NCBI GenBank assembly: GCA_965203355.1
Contig: OZ241889.1
Location: 1,248,001-1,312,000, forward strand
DNA from: Candidatus Latescibacterota bacterium
Lineage (GTDB): Bacteria > Latescibacterota > UBA2968 > UBA8231
DNA: 64,000 nt
Direction: 5' to 3'
The translations under genes were made by a program, and so were the position numbers. Position 1 is the first letter of the stretch. Every line of letters begins with the position of its first letter. Under the pieces are notes generated by a model that was given only the letters and a program-made list of their open reading frames with translations, was not told the origin of the DNA and did not search any database. This document shows, piece after piece, positions 19,801-31,189 of the stretch.

Positions 19801-21369
19801 CTAAGTATGCGCTTGTTCTAGAGCGGCATACGGGCCGATGAGTTCGTCGTACGCGGCTACGGCTTTTGGCTCCGGTTCGATGGTTGACCCGGCGACCGGC
19901 TGCGCGAATGGTTCGACGACTTCGGCCCATGAAGGCGCGTGATCGGCTGCGGATTGGTGGGCGTGAGCGGCGCGGAGGGCCGCGCCTAGGGCCGCTGAAT
20001 GGGTGGTCTTGAAGCGGTGGACCGGACAGTTGTGGACGTTGGCGAAGACGCGCAGGATTTCGGCGTTGGCCGATGCGCCGCCGGTGACGTAGAGCGAGGA
20101 AACTTCTACGCCCATCCAACGTGCGTGGATGCGCGAGGAAAGGGCTTGCGCTTCGATGACGGCGCGGACATTGGCTGGCGCGTCGGTGGGGTCGAGGTTT
20201 TGGCGGACGACGTTGGGTCGGGGGACTTTGGGGACGATTTCTGGCGCGAAGTACGGGAGCATGAGTGCGCCGTTGTTGCCCGGCGGCGTGGCACGCAGAG
20301 CGCGGGCGAATTGATCCCAATTCACGCCGTATTGGTCGCGCACGGCCTCGCGGGCCAAGCTGCCGTTGAGATAGCAAGTCAGGGCCATGTAGTGCGTGCC
20401 GTCGGGCGAGGCAAAAAGTGCCCCCTCGCCTTCTTTAGAAGTGCGCGGTTGGTCCATGCAGGCAAACAGGGTATCCGAAGTGCCCAAGCTCAGGGCGACT
20501 TGCCCCGGGGCGACGAGGCCGAGGCCGATGAGGCTGCATGGATTGTCGCCCGAAAATGGCAACACGAGGCAGCTATCTGCGAAGCCGTAGCGGCCCACGT
20601 AGTAAGGGCTGATGGGGCCGACGGGCTGGCCGGAGGGAGCGATCGGTAGGAGTTTGGCGGCTAGGTCGGGCGCGGTAGCGGCGAGCGCGTACGCACTCCA
20701 TTGGCGGGCGGCAATGTCCATCATGTTGGTGCCGCTGCCGTCGCCCGGGTCAACGCCGACGAGCCGACCCGCGAATAGGCTGGCGACATAGGAACTGACC
20801 AAACCGATGTACGCGGTGTCGGCGTAAGCGTCAGGTTCGGTCTGGTAAAACTTGCGGATTTGCGGGCCGCTGAAGCGCTCAAAGGTCGGGTTGCCGGTGA
20901 GCGCGAGGAGTGCGTCGCGCCCGCCTACGGCTGCTTCGATCTCGGCGCACTGAACGGTCGTGGAAGTGTCCATCCAGATGGGCGCGGTGGCGCGGGAGAA
21001 GATGGCGGCGAGTTGATCTTTGAGTGGCTGGGTCGGTGAAAGGTTTGCCAAGGCGCTAGCGGCACTGGCGTTGAGATAGACGGTGCCGTGCTGCTGGCCG
21101 CTGCCAGCGACAGCCCGCACAACCCCGAGGTCGTGGCCTTGGTCGGCGAGCGTTTGCAGGAGCAGGTCCAGTGCTTCAGCCCACATCAGGGGCGCGCTGT
21201 GGACCACGCCGCCGCCGAAGTCGAGGACGCCGTTGACGACCCCATACGTGGTTTTGCAGTGCTCGTCGAAGTTGATGGACGCTTGGGCGACGATGGCGCG
21301 TTGCTCGGTGTCGATGATTAGACCGGTGATGGATTGGGTGCTAGCGTCGATGCCCAGATACTTGCTCAT
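19801..21369 (-). CDS. xylB: Xylulokinase (FGGY kinase, eukaryote-like subtype)
   Basis: YLGIDASTQS, GSGQQHGTVY, APIWMDTST, ERFSGPQIRK, GDNP, SLGTSDT, TGGAS. Confidence 0.8.
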   Translation of the reverse strand: MSKYLGIDASTQSITGLIIDTEQRAIVAQASINFDEHCKTTYGVVNGVLDFGGGVVHSAPLMWAEALDLLLQTLADQGHDLGVVRAVAGSGQQHGTVYLNASAASALANLSPTQPLKDQLAAIFSRATAPIWMDTSTTVQCAEIEAAVGGRDALLALTGNPTFERFSGPQIRKFYQTEPDAYADTAYIGLVSSYVASLFAGRLVGVDPGDGSGTNMMDIAARQWSAYALAATAPDLAAKLLPIAPSGQPVGPISPYYVGRYGFADSCLVLPFSGDNPCSLIGLGLVAPGQVALSLGTSDTLFACMDQPRTSKEGEGALFASPDGTHYMALTCYLNGSLAREAVRDQYGVNWDQFARALRATPPGNNGALMLPYFAPEIVPKVPRPNVVRQNLDPTDAPANVRAVIEAQALSSRIHARWMGVEVSSLYVTGGASANAEILRVFANVHNCPVHRFKTTHSAALGAALRAAHAHQSAADHAPSWAEVVEPFAQPVAGSTIEPEPKAVAAYDELIGPYAALEQAHT

Positions 21370-21442
21370 AGAAATGCCCCGTCGTAATTTTTGCAGGCTA
21401 TTCACACCCAAATTAACAAACGCGCTGAGGAGAACAAAACCA

Positions 21443-22762
21443 ATGGAGGCAGGGGTGGTGCAGCCCGAAATCGCCGGGACGCTGGCGGCAGTGGACCCAG
21501 AGGTCGAGGCTATCATTCGCACTGAAAACAGGCGTCAGCACAACAAAATTCGCCTGATCCCATCTGAAAATTACGCCAGTCAAGCCGTGCTCGAAGCCAG
21601 CGGCTCGATCCTGACGAACAAGTACTCCGAGGGGTACGCCGGGGCGCGCTACTACGAGGGCCAACGGGAAATCGACAAGATCGAGCGGCTGTGCATTGAG
21701 CGCGCCAAGGAGATTTTTGGTGCCGAGCACGTCAATGTCCAGCCCTATTCGGGCTCGCCGGCCAATCAGGCCGTGTACGTCGGCCTCTGCACACCGGGCG
21801 ATACGGTCATGGGCTTGGCGCTGGCGCATGGAGGCCACCTGACGCACGGAGATCGGGTCAGCATCTCGGGGATGCACTACAAGTCCGTGCAATACGGGGT
21901 GTGCCGAGACTCGGGCGAAATTGACTTCGACCAAGTCGAAGCGCTGGCCAAAGAGAACCGGCCCAAGCTGCTTTTCTGCGGAGGCACGGCCTATCCGCGC
22001 ATCGTCGATTTTGCACGCTTTGCCGAAATCGGTCATTCGGTGGGGGCCATCGTGGTCGCCGACATCGCGCATATTGCCGGGCTGGTGGCCGCCGGGGTGC
22101 ATCCCAGCCCGGTGCCGCACGTAGATGTGGTAACTACGACTACGCACAAGTCGCTGCGGGGGCCACGCGGCGGGATGATCTTATGCCGGGCGCAGTACGC
22201 CGAGGCCCTCGATAAGGCGGTGTTCCCAGGCTTGCAGGGCGGGCCGCACAACAACACCACAGCGGCGATTGCCGTGGCGCTCAAGGAGGCGATGAGCGCG
22301 GAGTTTAAGCGGTATGCTCAGCAGATCGCGGCCAATGCTCAGACCTTGGCCGCCGCTCTGACGGCGCGGGGTTTTGCCCTCAGCTCGGGCGGCACCGACA
22401 ACCACCTGATCCTCATAGACATGGCCCATAAGGGCGTTACTGGTTATGCGATGGCCAAGGCGCTCGACGCATCGGGCATGGTCTGCAACTTCAATCGCGT
22501 GCCCTTTGATCCGCGGCCAGCGCGCAAGCCCAGCGGCATCCGCGTTGGTACGCCGGCGATTACCAGCCGGGGTTTTGGTGCCGAGGAGATGCAGCGGTTG
22601 GCCGAGTGGATGGACCGAGTGGCTCAGGTCCGGGCCGATAAAACGCTAGAACTCGACGACCGGAAAGTGGAGTACGCCGAGATCGCGGCGGCGGTGCGGT
22701 CATGCTGCGCCCGCTTCCCGGCCCCGGGCTTGCTCTACGATGGCGCGGGAAAGCCGCTTTAA
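21443..22762 (+). CDS. glyA: Serine hydroxymethyltransferase
   Basis: LIPSEN, NKYSEGYAGARYY, GGHLTHG, TTTTHKSLRGPRGG, FPGLQGGP. Confidence 0.97.
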   Translation: MEAGVVQPEIAGTLAAVDPEVEAIIRTENRRQHNKIRLIPSENYASQAVLEASGSILTNKYSEGYAGARYYEGQREIDKIERLCIERAKEIFGAEHVNVQPYSGSPANQAVYVGLCTPGDTVMGLALAHGGHLTHGDRVSISGMHYKSVQYGVCRDSGEIDFDQVEALAKENRPKLLFCGGTAYPRIVDFARFAEIGHSVGAIVVADIAHIAGLVAAGVHPSPVPHVDVVTTTTHKSLRGPRGGMILCRAQYAEALDKAVFPGLQGGPHNNTTAAIAVALKEAMSAEFKRYAQQIAANAQTLAAALTARGFALSSGGTDNHLILIDMAHKGVTGYAMAKALDASGMVCNFNRVPFDPRPARKPSGIRVGTPAITSRGFGAEEMQRLAEWMDRVAQVRADKTLELDDRKVEYAEIAAAVRSCCARFPAPGLLYDGAGKPL

Positions 22763-22765
22763 GTC

Positions 22766-23971
22766 ATGAGTGTGGATATATATCGAGAACTAGGCGTCGA
22801 GCCGATCATCAACGCCGTGGGCCCGGCAACGCGATTGAGCGGGTCGATCATGCACCCGGAAGTGGCCGAGGCCATGCGGCAGGCTTCGGAACGCTGCGTG
22901 GATATAGCGCAGATGCAGGCGCGGGCCGGGGAAGTGATCGCCGAGATTACTGGTGCGGAGGCCGGGTACGTGACGAGTGGGGCGGCCGCGGGCTTGTTGC
23001 TGGGGACGGCCGCTTGTGTGACTGGATTGGATCCGGGCAAGATGAACCGCTTGCCGGATACGTCCGGGATGAAAAACGAAGTGATCATGGCGCGCAGCCA
23101 CCGGAACTTCTACGACCACGCCGTGCGCTCGGTGGGGATCGAGTTGGTGGAGGTGGGGATCGCCGACCGCTTTTCCGGGGCGGGAATACGCGATGCGGAA
23201 GGGTGGGAGATCGAAGCGGCGATTACCGAGCGGACCGCGGCGATCGCGTACGTGGCGTACGCGCACACGCAGCCGTCGCTGGAAGAGGTAGTGGCCGCAG
23301 CGCGCCAGGGCGGTGTGCCGGTGATTGTAGATGCGGCCGGTCAGCTTCCGCCGGCGAGCAACTTGCAGCACTTCATTGCCGCTGGCGCGGATTTGGTCGC
23401 CTTTAGCGGCGGCAAGGCCATTGGTGGGCCGCAGGCTTCGGGGATTTTGTGCGGGCGGCGGGATCTAATCGCCGCGGCCGCGCTGCAACACCAAGACCTC
23501 GACGTGATGCCCGAGTTGTGGGAGCCGCCCGTGCGTTTAATCGACAAGTCGCAGCTACCTGGGGCTCCGCAGCACGGCATTGGGCGTCCCTGCAAGGTCG
23601 GCAAGGAAGAGATCGCGGGTTTAGTGAAAGCGCTGCGTCTTTTTGTGGCCGACGATCCGGTGGAGCGGCGGCAGCGCTGGTATGCGCTGATGGAGGAACT
23701 GGTCGGCGCGTGTGGAGTGCTGCGGCACGCCGAGATTGCGGTGGTGGCCGACCGCAAGCGCGCCGAGATCCCGACCGCGCGGTTGGTGCTCGACGAGGAA
23801 GCCGCGAGTATGACGGCGCTGGAACTGGTTAGAGCACTTCAGCAAGGTCAGCCGCCGATCGCCGCCAACCCGACCGATGTGTACGAGGGTGCGGTGATTT
23901 TTGGGCCGATGTGTCTCCGGGAGGGCGAGCCTGAACAGATCGCCCGACGGCTCCGGGAGTTGCTCGGCTAA
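22766..23971 (+). CDS. SelA-like PLP-dependent enzyme (DgaE-like)
   Basis: IINAVGPATRLSGS, SGAAAG, VDAAG, FSGGKAIGGPQASG, GIGRPCKVGKE. Confidence 0.8.
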   Translation: MSVDIYRELGVEPIINAVGPATRLSGSIMHPEVAEAMRQASERCVDIAQMQARAGEVIAEITGAEAGYVTSGAAAGLLLGTAACVTGLDPGKMNRLPDTSGMKNEVIMARSHRNFYDHAVRSVGIELVEVGIADRFSGAGIRDAEGWEIEAAITERTAAIAYVAYAHTQPSLEEVVAAARQGGVPVIVDAAGQLPPASNLQHFIAAGADLVAFSGGKAIGGPQASGILCGRRDLIAAAALQHQDLDVMPELWEPPVRLIDKSQLPGAPQHGIGRPCKVGKEEIAGLVKALRLFVADDPVERRQRWYALMEELVGACGVLRHAEIAVVADRKRAEIPTARLVLDEEAASMTALELVRALQQGQPPIAANPTDVYEGAVIFGPMCLREGEPEQIARRLRELLG

Positions 23972-24938
23972 ACCTGCGTCCCCCAATAGGCGGCACCGAG
24001 CAGCGCGGTCTTGTCGTTGAGCACGACGTGGACGGGAATGGCCGCGAGCGGCTCGCCCATGCGGCCTTTGTCCATAAACCCCTCCATAAAGCGGCCGGCG
24101 CGCAGCTTGGCGAGTATTTTGGGCGCAATGCCGCCGCCGACGAAAAACCCTCCCGAAGACATCAGCTTGAGCGCCAAGTTGCCCGCCTCGCGGCCATAGA
24201 GGAGCGCGAAGAGGTCGAGGGCTGTTGCGGCCAGCGTAGAGTGGCTTTCGAGGCCGTCGCGTGCGATGGCGTCGGCGCGGTCGGGTTGTGCGGCCTCGGG
24301 GGCCAGCGCGGCGTCGGCGCGGTCGGGATGCCGTTCGCACAGAAAATCGTAGATCGCGGCCAAGCCCTGGCCTGAGACCACTCGTTCCCAGCTAACGTGA
24401 CCGTAGCGCTCGTTGAGGAAATGCCAAAGCTCGGCTTCGAATGTGGAACTTGGCCCAAAGGTCGCGTGGCCGCCCTCAGAGGCGATGGCTGCATAGCGGC
24501 CCTCGGCCCAGCACAAGCCTCCTTCACCCAGCCCGGTGCCAGCGGCGATGACGGCGATGTTGCCCTTGGGGTCGCGCTGCCCTTCGTTGAGCGGACACAG
24601 ATCGTCCGGCCCCAACACCAAGGTGCCGTAGGAAGTTGCTTGCAGGTCGTTGAGCAGGTGGACGTTCGTGCCGTTGAGCACCTCCGAAATCTCGCGGGGA
24701 TCGATGAGCCAAGGCAGGTTGACGGCGCGGACGGGAAACTGATGGACCGGGCCGGGGACGCCTAAGACCGTGCGGCTGGGGTTGATTTGCGTCTCGTCGG
24801 CAAAGGCCCTAAGCAGTGCACCGGCGCTGGGGTAGGACGTGGTTTGGTAGCGCCGCTCGACGAGCGGGTCAAAGCCGCGGGCGGCTGGGTCGAAAGCGGC
24901 GAGGTACGTTTTGGTGCCGCCGACATCACCGGCGAAGA

Positions 24939-24942
<4 letters not shown>
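23968..24942 (-). CDS. glk: Glucokinase
   Basis: AGDVGGTKT, LLNDLQA, AGTGLG, SEGGH, ERVVSG, GGGIAPK; GTGA coupling to zwf. Confidence 0.93.
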
Positions 24943-26423
<1,481 letters not shown>

Positions 26424-26601
26424 AATTGTAGAAAAAATAAAAAGGCCACAGCGTCCGCTATGGCCTCCCACACCGCCTCGTGTGAGTTGTGCAAATATAC
26501 AAGGGTGGGCGAAAATCAACAAGTCAATTGTGCCGCTCAAGGCGTTGTGTGCAGCTATCTTGCTGTTGATATTAGCGCGGCCAACTTTGATGCGAGGAAA
26601 T

Positions 26602-27549
26602 ATGAGTCGGTATTTGGTCACGGGTGGCGCGGGATTTATTGGTTCCCACCTTTGTCAGCGCTTGTGTGCAGAGGGGCACGCCGTGCGGGTTCTAGACAAC
26701 TTGAGCACGGGACGGCGCGCAAACTTGGCCGAAATCCCAAGCGAGATAGAGTTCGTCGAGGGCGATGTTTGCGACGCGACCTTGCTCGCCGAGGTGGCGC
26801 AGCAGGTCGATTGTGTCCTGCACCACGCCGCCATCAGTTCAGTGCCAGCCTCGGTTGAGCAGCCCCTCGTCGAGCAGCAAGTCAACGCCGTGGGAACACT
26901 GCGGCTGTTGGAAGCGGCGCGGCAAGCCGGGGTCCGCCGCGTAGTTTTTGCCAGCTCGGCCTCGGTGTATGGCAACAATCCGCAAATGCCCAAGCGCGAG
27001 GATATGCCGCCCGAACCCGAGTCGCCCTACGCGGTTTCCAAGGTTGTGGGCGAGCACTACGCCCGCGTGTACAGCCAGATCTACGGCTTGGAGGTCGTTG
27101 GCTTGCGCTACTTCAATGTCTTTGGCCCTCGGCAGGTGCCGTCTTCCCCGTACTCGGGCGTCATCTCGATTTTTGTCGCGCAGATGTGTGCCGGCGCGTC
27201 GCCGACCGTTTGCGGCGACGGCCACCAGTCGCGCGATTTTGTCTATGTCGGCGATGTGGTGGAGGCCAATATGAGGGCCAGTACTACGCCGGGCATCGCC
27301 GGGCGAATCTACAATATCGGCTGCGGGCGCAGCGCGTCGCTGCTGGAATTGATCGCCGCGCTCAACCAGATTTTGGGGACCGAGTTGGCGCCGATGTTCG
27401 CCCCGCCTCGGGCCGGTGATATCCGCTTTTCGTCAGCCGATATATCGCGGGCCCGGGCCGAATTGGGCTACGAGCCGAAGGTTGGGTTGGCCGAGGGATT
27501 GGAGCGGACGATCGCGGCGGTGGAGGCTTCCCATGCCGATCGGCAATAA
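26602..27549 (+). CDS. NAD-dependent nucleotide-sugar epimerase/dehydratase
   Basis: TGGAGFIGS, ASSASVYG, YAVSK, RYFNVFGP, RDFVYV. Confidence 0.93.
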   Translation: MSRYLVTGGAGFIGSHLCQRLCAEGHAVRVLDNLSTGRRANLAEIPSEIEFVEGDVCDATLLAEVAQQVDCVLHHAAISSVPASVEQPLVEQQVNAVGTLRLLEAARQAGVRRVVFASSASVYGNNPQMPKREDMPPEPESPYAVSKVVGEHYARVYSQIYGLEVVGLRYFNVFGPRQVPSSPYSGVISIFVAQMCAGASPTVCGDGHQSRDFVYVGDVVEANMRASTTPGIAGRIYNIGCGRSASLLELIAALNQILGTELAPMFAPPRAGDIRFSSADISRARAELGYEPKVGLAEGLERTIAAVEASHADRQ

Positions 27550-27564
27550 AAGAGCGCGCTTATT

Positions 27565-28737
27565 GTGGCAACCATAGTCGATGGCAAAAAGCGCATCCCC
27601 TTCATGCGCGGGATGCTGGTACACTACCTAATTGAGCGCGGCTTCAACTACGAGGACGCCCGGGCCGTGGCCAATCAGGTGCGCGTGTCTTTGGGGAAAG
27701 TAGAACTTGTGCGGAAAAAGGACATGGTGCAGCTCGTACATAGAGCCATTCGCAAGCAATTCGGCCAGTACGAGGCCGGCGACCTAATTTTCTGGGAGCC
27801 ACAGCCCACCACCATCACCGTCGAGCGCAAGAGTGGGGCGCGGCCTTTCTCGAAGGAACTGTTGGCGGATTCCATTCGGGCGTCTGGGTTGCCCCCGGAC
27901 CAGAGCTACGAGATTGCACAGACGATTGAAGCTCGCTTGATAGACCAGCGTCGCCAGCGCATCTCGCATTCGGAGTTGGAAGAACTGGTCGCCGAGTTGA
28001 TCGAAAAGTCCTTTGACAAGTCTTTTGCCGAGCGCTACTACCTGTGGCGCGCTTGGGGCGATGTAGACAAACCTCTGATCATCCTCATCGGCGGGGCCAG
28101 CGGAGTTGGCAAGACCACCTTGGCGATTGCGCTGGCCAGTTTGCTCGACATCCCTCGGGTGGTAGCTACCGATGATTTGCGCCAAGTTATGCGCCTGACG
28201 CTTGCCGAGGACCTGATGCCGGCCCTACACACCTCTTCGTATTCGGCTTGGCAGGTCGTTCCGGCGGCTGGTCATCTCGACGCGGTCATCGCGGGTTTTC
28301 GCGAGCAGGCGCGGAGTGTCTGCGTTGGGGTCAAGGCCATTATTAGCCGCTGCATTGAGGAAAACACCAGCGTCATCATCGACGGCGTACACCTAATCAG
28401 CGACATGCTGGACTTAGACCGGTACGCTGGAGACGCCTTTATCACCCCCATCTGTTTGGAACTGCCGGGCCGCGATGCCTTTGAGGATCGCTTTGCCCGG
28501 CGCGCCAGCGAGGCTCCGTCGCGCTCGGCCCATCGCTATATGGAGCACTTGGCGGCCATCCTCAAAATTCAGGACTATCTCATCGAAACAAGTGCCGCCC
28601 ACGGCATTCCGGTGATTACCGCGACCTCAGTCGAGAGCCTGATCAGCGAGGCCGCCATGGAAGTTAGTGCGCTATTACAGGATCGGACGGAGATCCGCAA
28701 GGCCCTAGCCTGCCGTAAAAAGCGCTCGGCCCATTGA
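27565..28737 (+). CDS. ATP-cone-containing 2-phosphoglycerate kinase-like protein
   Basis: Two ATP-cone-like segments (PFMRGML, PFSKELL); GGASGVGKTT, TDDLRQVMR, LHTSSY, IIDGVH. Confidence 0.75.
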   Translation: MATIVDGKKRIPFMRGMLVHYLIERGFNYEDARAVANQVRVSLGKVELVRKKDMVQLVHRAIRKQFGQYEAGDLIFWEPQPTTITVERKSGARPFSKELLADSIRASGLPPDQSYEIAQTIEARLIDQRRQRISHSELEELVAELIEKSFDKSFAERYYLWRAWGDVDKPLIILIGGASGVGKTTLAIALASLLDIPRVVATDDLRQVMRLTLAEDLMPALHTSSYSAWQVVPAAGHLDAVIAGFREQARSVCVGVKAIISRCIEENTSVIIDGVHLISDMLDLDRYAGDAFITPICLELPGRDAFEDRFARRASEAPSRSAHRYMEHLAAILKIQDYLIETSAAHGIPVITATSVESLISEAAMEVSALLQDRTEIRKALACRKKRSAH

Positions 28738-28841
28738 CAAAATGCGCTGCTCGTTGGTTCGCCCAACGTTGGATTGTGTTGTATATTTACAGCCATGCGG
28801 CTAAGGGGCCGCGCCAACGCGCAACCTAGGGACAAAAAGAA

Positions 28842-29282
28842 ATGCTGAGTAACAAAAAGAAAGGGGTCTCCACTTCTAGTAGTGGACAAGCACTCAATAC
28901 GATCATCGGTCGCGGTAGCCACTTTGAAGGGAAGCTGAAGGTAGATAACAGCGTCAGAATAGACGGCGTATTCAAAGGTGAACTGATTTGCTCAGGCGAT
29001 TTGACGATTAGCCAATCGGGCGAGGCCGATGCTACGTTGATGCAGTGCAAAGAAGCGTACATCGACGGCGTTGTGAATGGCACTGTGCGCGCCGATAAGG
29101 TGCGGCTGGATACGCAGACGCGCTTTACCGGTGAAGTGTACACCGACTCGTTCACGGTCGCCGAGGGCGCGATATTCCACGGCTCGTGTTCAATGGAAAA
29201 CCACCAAAAGAGCCAGGCTCCTCCAGAGGGCGCAGCGGCAAAGCCCCTCACGGCTGGGCCTGGGCCGATCAAAAAGAAATAG
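28842..29282 (+). CDS. Bactofilin (polymer-forming cytoskeletal protein)
   Basis: TIIGRGSHFEGKL...VRIDG...GAIFHGSCSM. Confidence 0.9.
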   Translation: MLSNKKKGVSTSSSGQALNTIIGRGSHFEGKLKVDNSVRIDGVFKGELICSGDLTISQSGEADATLMQCKEAYIDGVVNGTVRADKVRLDTQTRFTGEVYTDSFTVAEGAIFHGSCSMENHQKSQAPPEGAAAKPLTAGPGPIKKK

Positions 29283-29354
29283 CACTTTCCCACCTCGTTT
29301 TTGCGCGAAAAATCCATCTGCACCGTGCGGCCGATGGATTTTTTCTTCTCGTCG

Positions 29355-31130
29355 ATGAGCCAACGCGATCATCCTGTGTCTAAGCGCCGCCGTCACCGCC
29401 GCTCGGTTCCAATAGAGGAGATCGCGGTGCCGGCCGATGCTCGGCCATGCCCGGCAAAAGAGGGGTCGCCGACCTGCGGCTGGCGGCGTTGGCGGCGCGG
29501 TGCTCTAGCCAGCTTGGGCGTGTCGCCGGTTTTTCGCGCGTACCTCTTCCTCGGCAGCATTGCCGCTATTTTGGCTTTCCTGCTCTACAACGAATCGATC
29601 ATCGCCGAACTGCGCGAATACGAAAAGAATCGCGTCGATCTCTACGCGCATTTGATCTCGTTCACGCCGCAGGCCTCAGAAGGCCAAATTTCCACCCTCT
29701 TTACCGAGGTGATCACCAAGGTCGATTTCCCGCGGATTATCACCAATCACCGCGGCGAGATCATCCAGGCCGAGGACATTGACACGTCGAGTTGGTTGGA
29801 TAACTGGGCCTTTTGGCGCAGCCAAGCGGCGGACGCGCCCGTGGCTTCGACGGCTCAGCTACAAGAGCTAATTGAGGAAATGGACATCCAGAATCCGCCC
29901 ATTCGCTTTTATTGGTCGCCAGAGACCTTGGGGCAGCTCTACTGCGAGGGAGGGCGCGTCATCATCGCGGATACGCAAGAAGCCATTGCGGCGTGGCAGG
30001 GGACGGGTCTGCCAGCGAGCAGCGACACTTCGGCTGCGGCCCTCGCCGAGGTGCAGCGAGCGTGGGAGGAGATGGAAGCTGGAGAACCGCTGCTCTTCAG
30101 CGCGCCGGCCGCTAGCTTTAGTTATCTGCATTGGGATGAGACCCGCGCAATCATCACCGACGCTGAGGGCCAGTTTAGGGCTTGGGTGGGGCCAGGGCTT
30201 CCGCGGGCCAGCGACGATCCCACCCAAGCGGTGCAAGATCAGCTTCGGGCCTTTGTCGATAGCTTGGCCAACCAGCGCCCACCACTAGCGTTCAGGATCC
30301 CGGCCGAGCACTACATTCACTACGGCGACACGAACTTGGTTGGTCGCATTTCCCTCGCCCCTTTTGTGCAAATGGGCGTGTTGGTTCTCTTTCTGCTCGT
30401 CGGCTATATTGGCTACCGCAACATTAAGCGCAGCCAACAGCGCTCGCTCTGGGTGGGTATGGCTAAGGAGACAGCCCACCAACTCGGCACCCCACTCTCT
30501 TCGCTAGCCGGGTGGCTAGAACTGCTGCGCGACGAGGCTGCCGCCGCTCCGAAGCCAGAGCGCGACGAGCGTTGGCAGCGCGTCAGTCAGATGATCGGGG
30601 AGATGCAGCAGGACATGCGCCGCCTCGACCAAATAGCCTCGCGCTTCAGCCAGATCGGCTCGGTACCCGAACTAAAAGAAAAGGACCTAGTAGCGGTGCT
30701 GGAGGAGACGATAGAGTACTTCCAGCGGCGCGTTCCCCAGTTTGGGCGGCAGGCAATCAAACTGGAATGCCCAGACGAGTTGCCACCGGTGCCCATCAAC
30801 AACGAATTGATGAGCTGGGCGTTTGAGAATCTGTGCAAGAACGCCATGGACGCCATGGACGGTCAGGCGGGCCGCTTGTACATCCGCATGGAGCTTTTGC
30901 CCGCAAGCCGCGCCGTACGGATCGCGTTTGCGGACGACGGGCGGGGCATTGAACCCGAGCACGTCAAGCGCATCTTCGAGCCGGGGTTTAGCACCAAAAA
31001 GCGCGGCTGGGGGTTGGGGCTGGTGTTTGTCAAGCGCATCGTCGAAGAATATCACAAGGGCAAGATCAGCTTGGTGCATAGCGCGCCGGGCGAGGGCACG
31101 ACCTTTGAGGTGGTTTTGCCCTTGAGTTGA
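29355..31130 (+). CDS. Membrane sensor histidine kinase
   Basis: Two TM segments; AKETAHQLGTPLSS H-box, ENLCKNA, DDGRG, GFSTKKRGWGLGL; start uncertain. Confidence 0.92.
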   Translation: MSQRDHPVSKRRRHRRSVPIEEIAVPADARPCPAKEGSPTCGWRRWRRGALASLGVSPVFRAYLFLGSIAAILAFLLYNESIIAELREYEKNRVDLYAHLISFTPQASEGQISTLFTEVITKVDFPRIITNHRGEIIQAEDIDTSSWLDNWAFWRSQAADAPVASTAQLQELIEEMDIQNPPIRFYWSPETLGQLYCEGGRVIIADTQEAIAAWQGTGLPASSDTSAAALAEVQRAWEEMEAGEPLLFSAPAASFSYLHWDETRAIITDAEGQFRAWVGPGLPRASDDPTQAVQDQLRAFVDSLANQRPPLAFRIPAEHYIHYGDTNLVGRISLAPFVQMGVLVLFLLVGYIGYRNIKRSQQRSLWVGMAKETAHQLGTPLSSLAGWLELLRDEAAAAPKPERDERWQRVSQMIGEMQQDMRRLDQIASRFSQIGSVPELKEKDLVAVLEETIEYFQRRVPQFGRQAIKLECPDELPPVPINNELMSWAFENLCKNAMDAMDGQAGRLYIRMELLPASRAVRIAFADDGRGIEPEHVKRIFEPGFSTKKRGWGLGLVFVKRIVEEYHKGKISLVHSAPGEGTTFEVVLPLS

Positions 31131-31189
31131 GGAACAGCGGTGGGCACAAAGCGTTAATTTTAAGGGGGAATAACAAGTAAAGGCGACGC

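Noticed and set aside
22766-23971. Selenocysteine synthase selA
   Set aside because: Lacks the SelA N-terminal domain, has no selB/selC context, and the motifs fit the SelA-like/DgaE group
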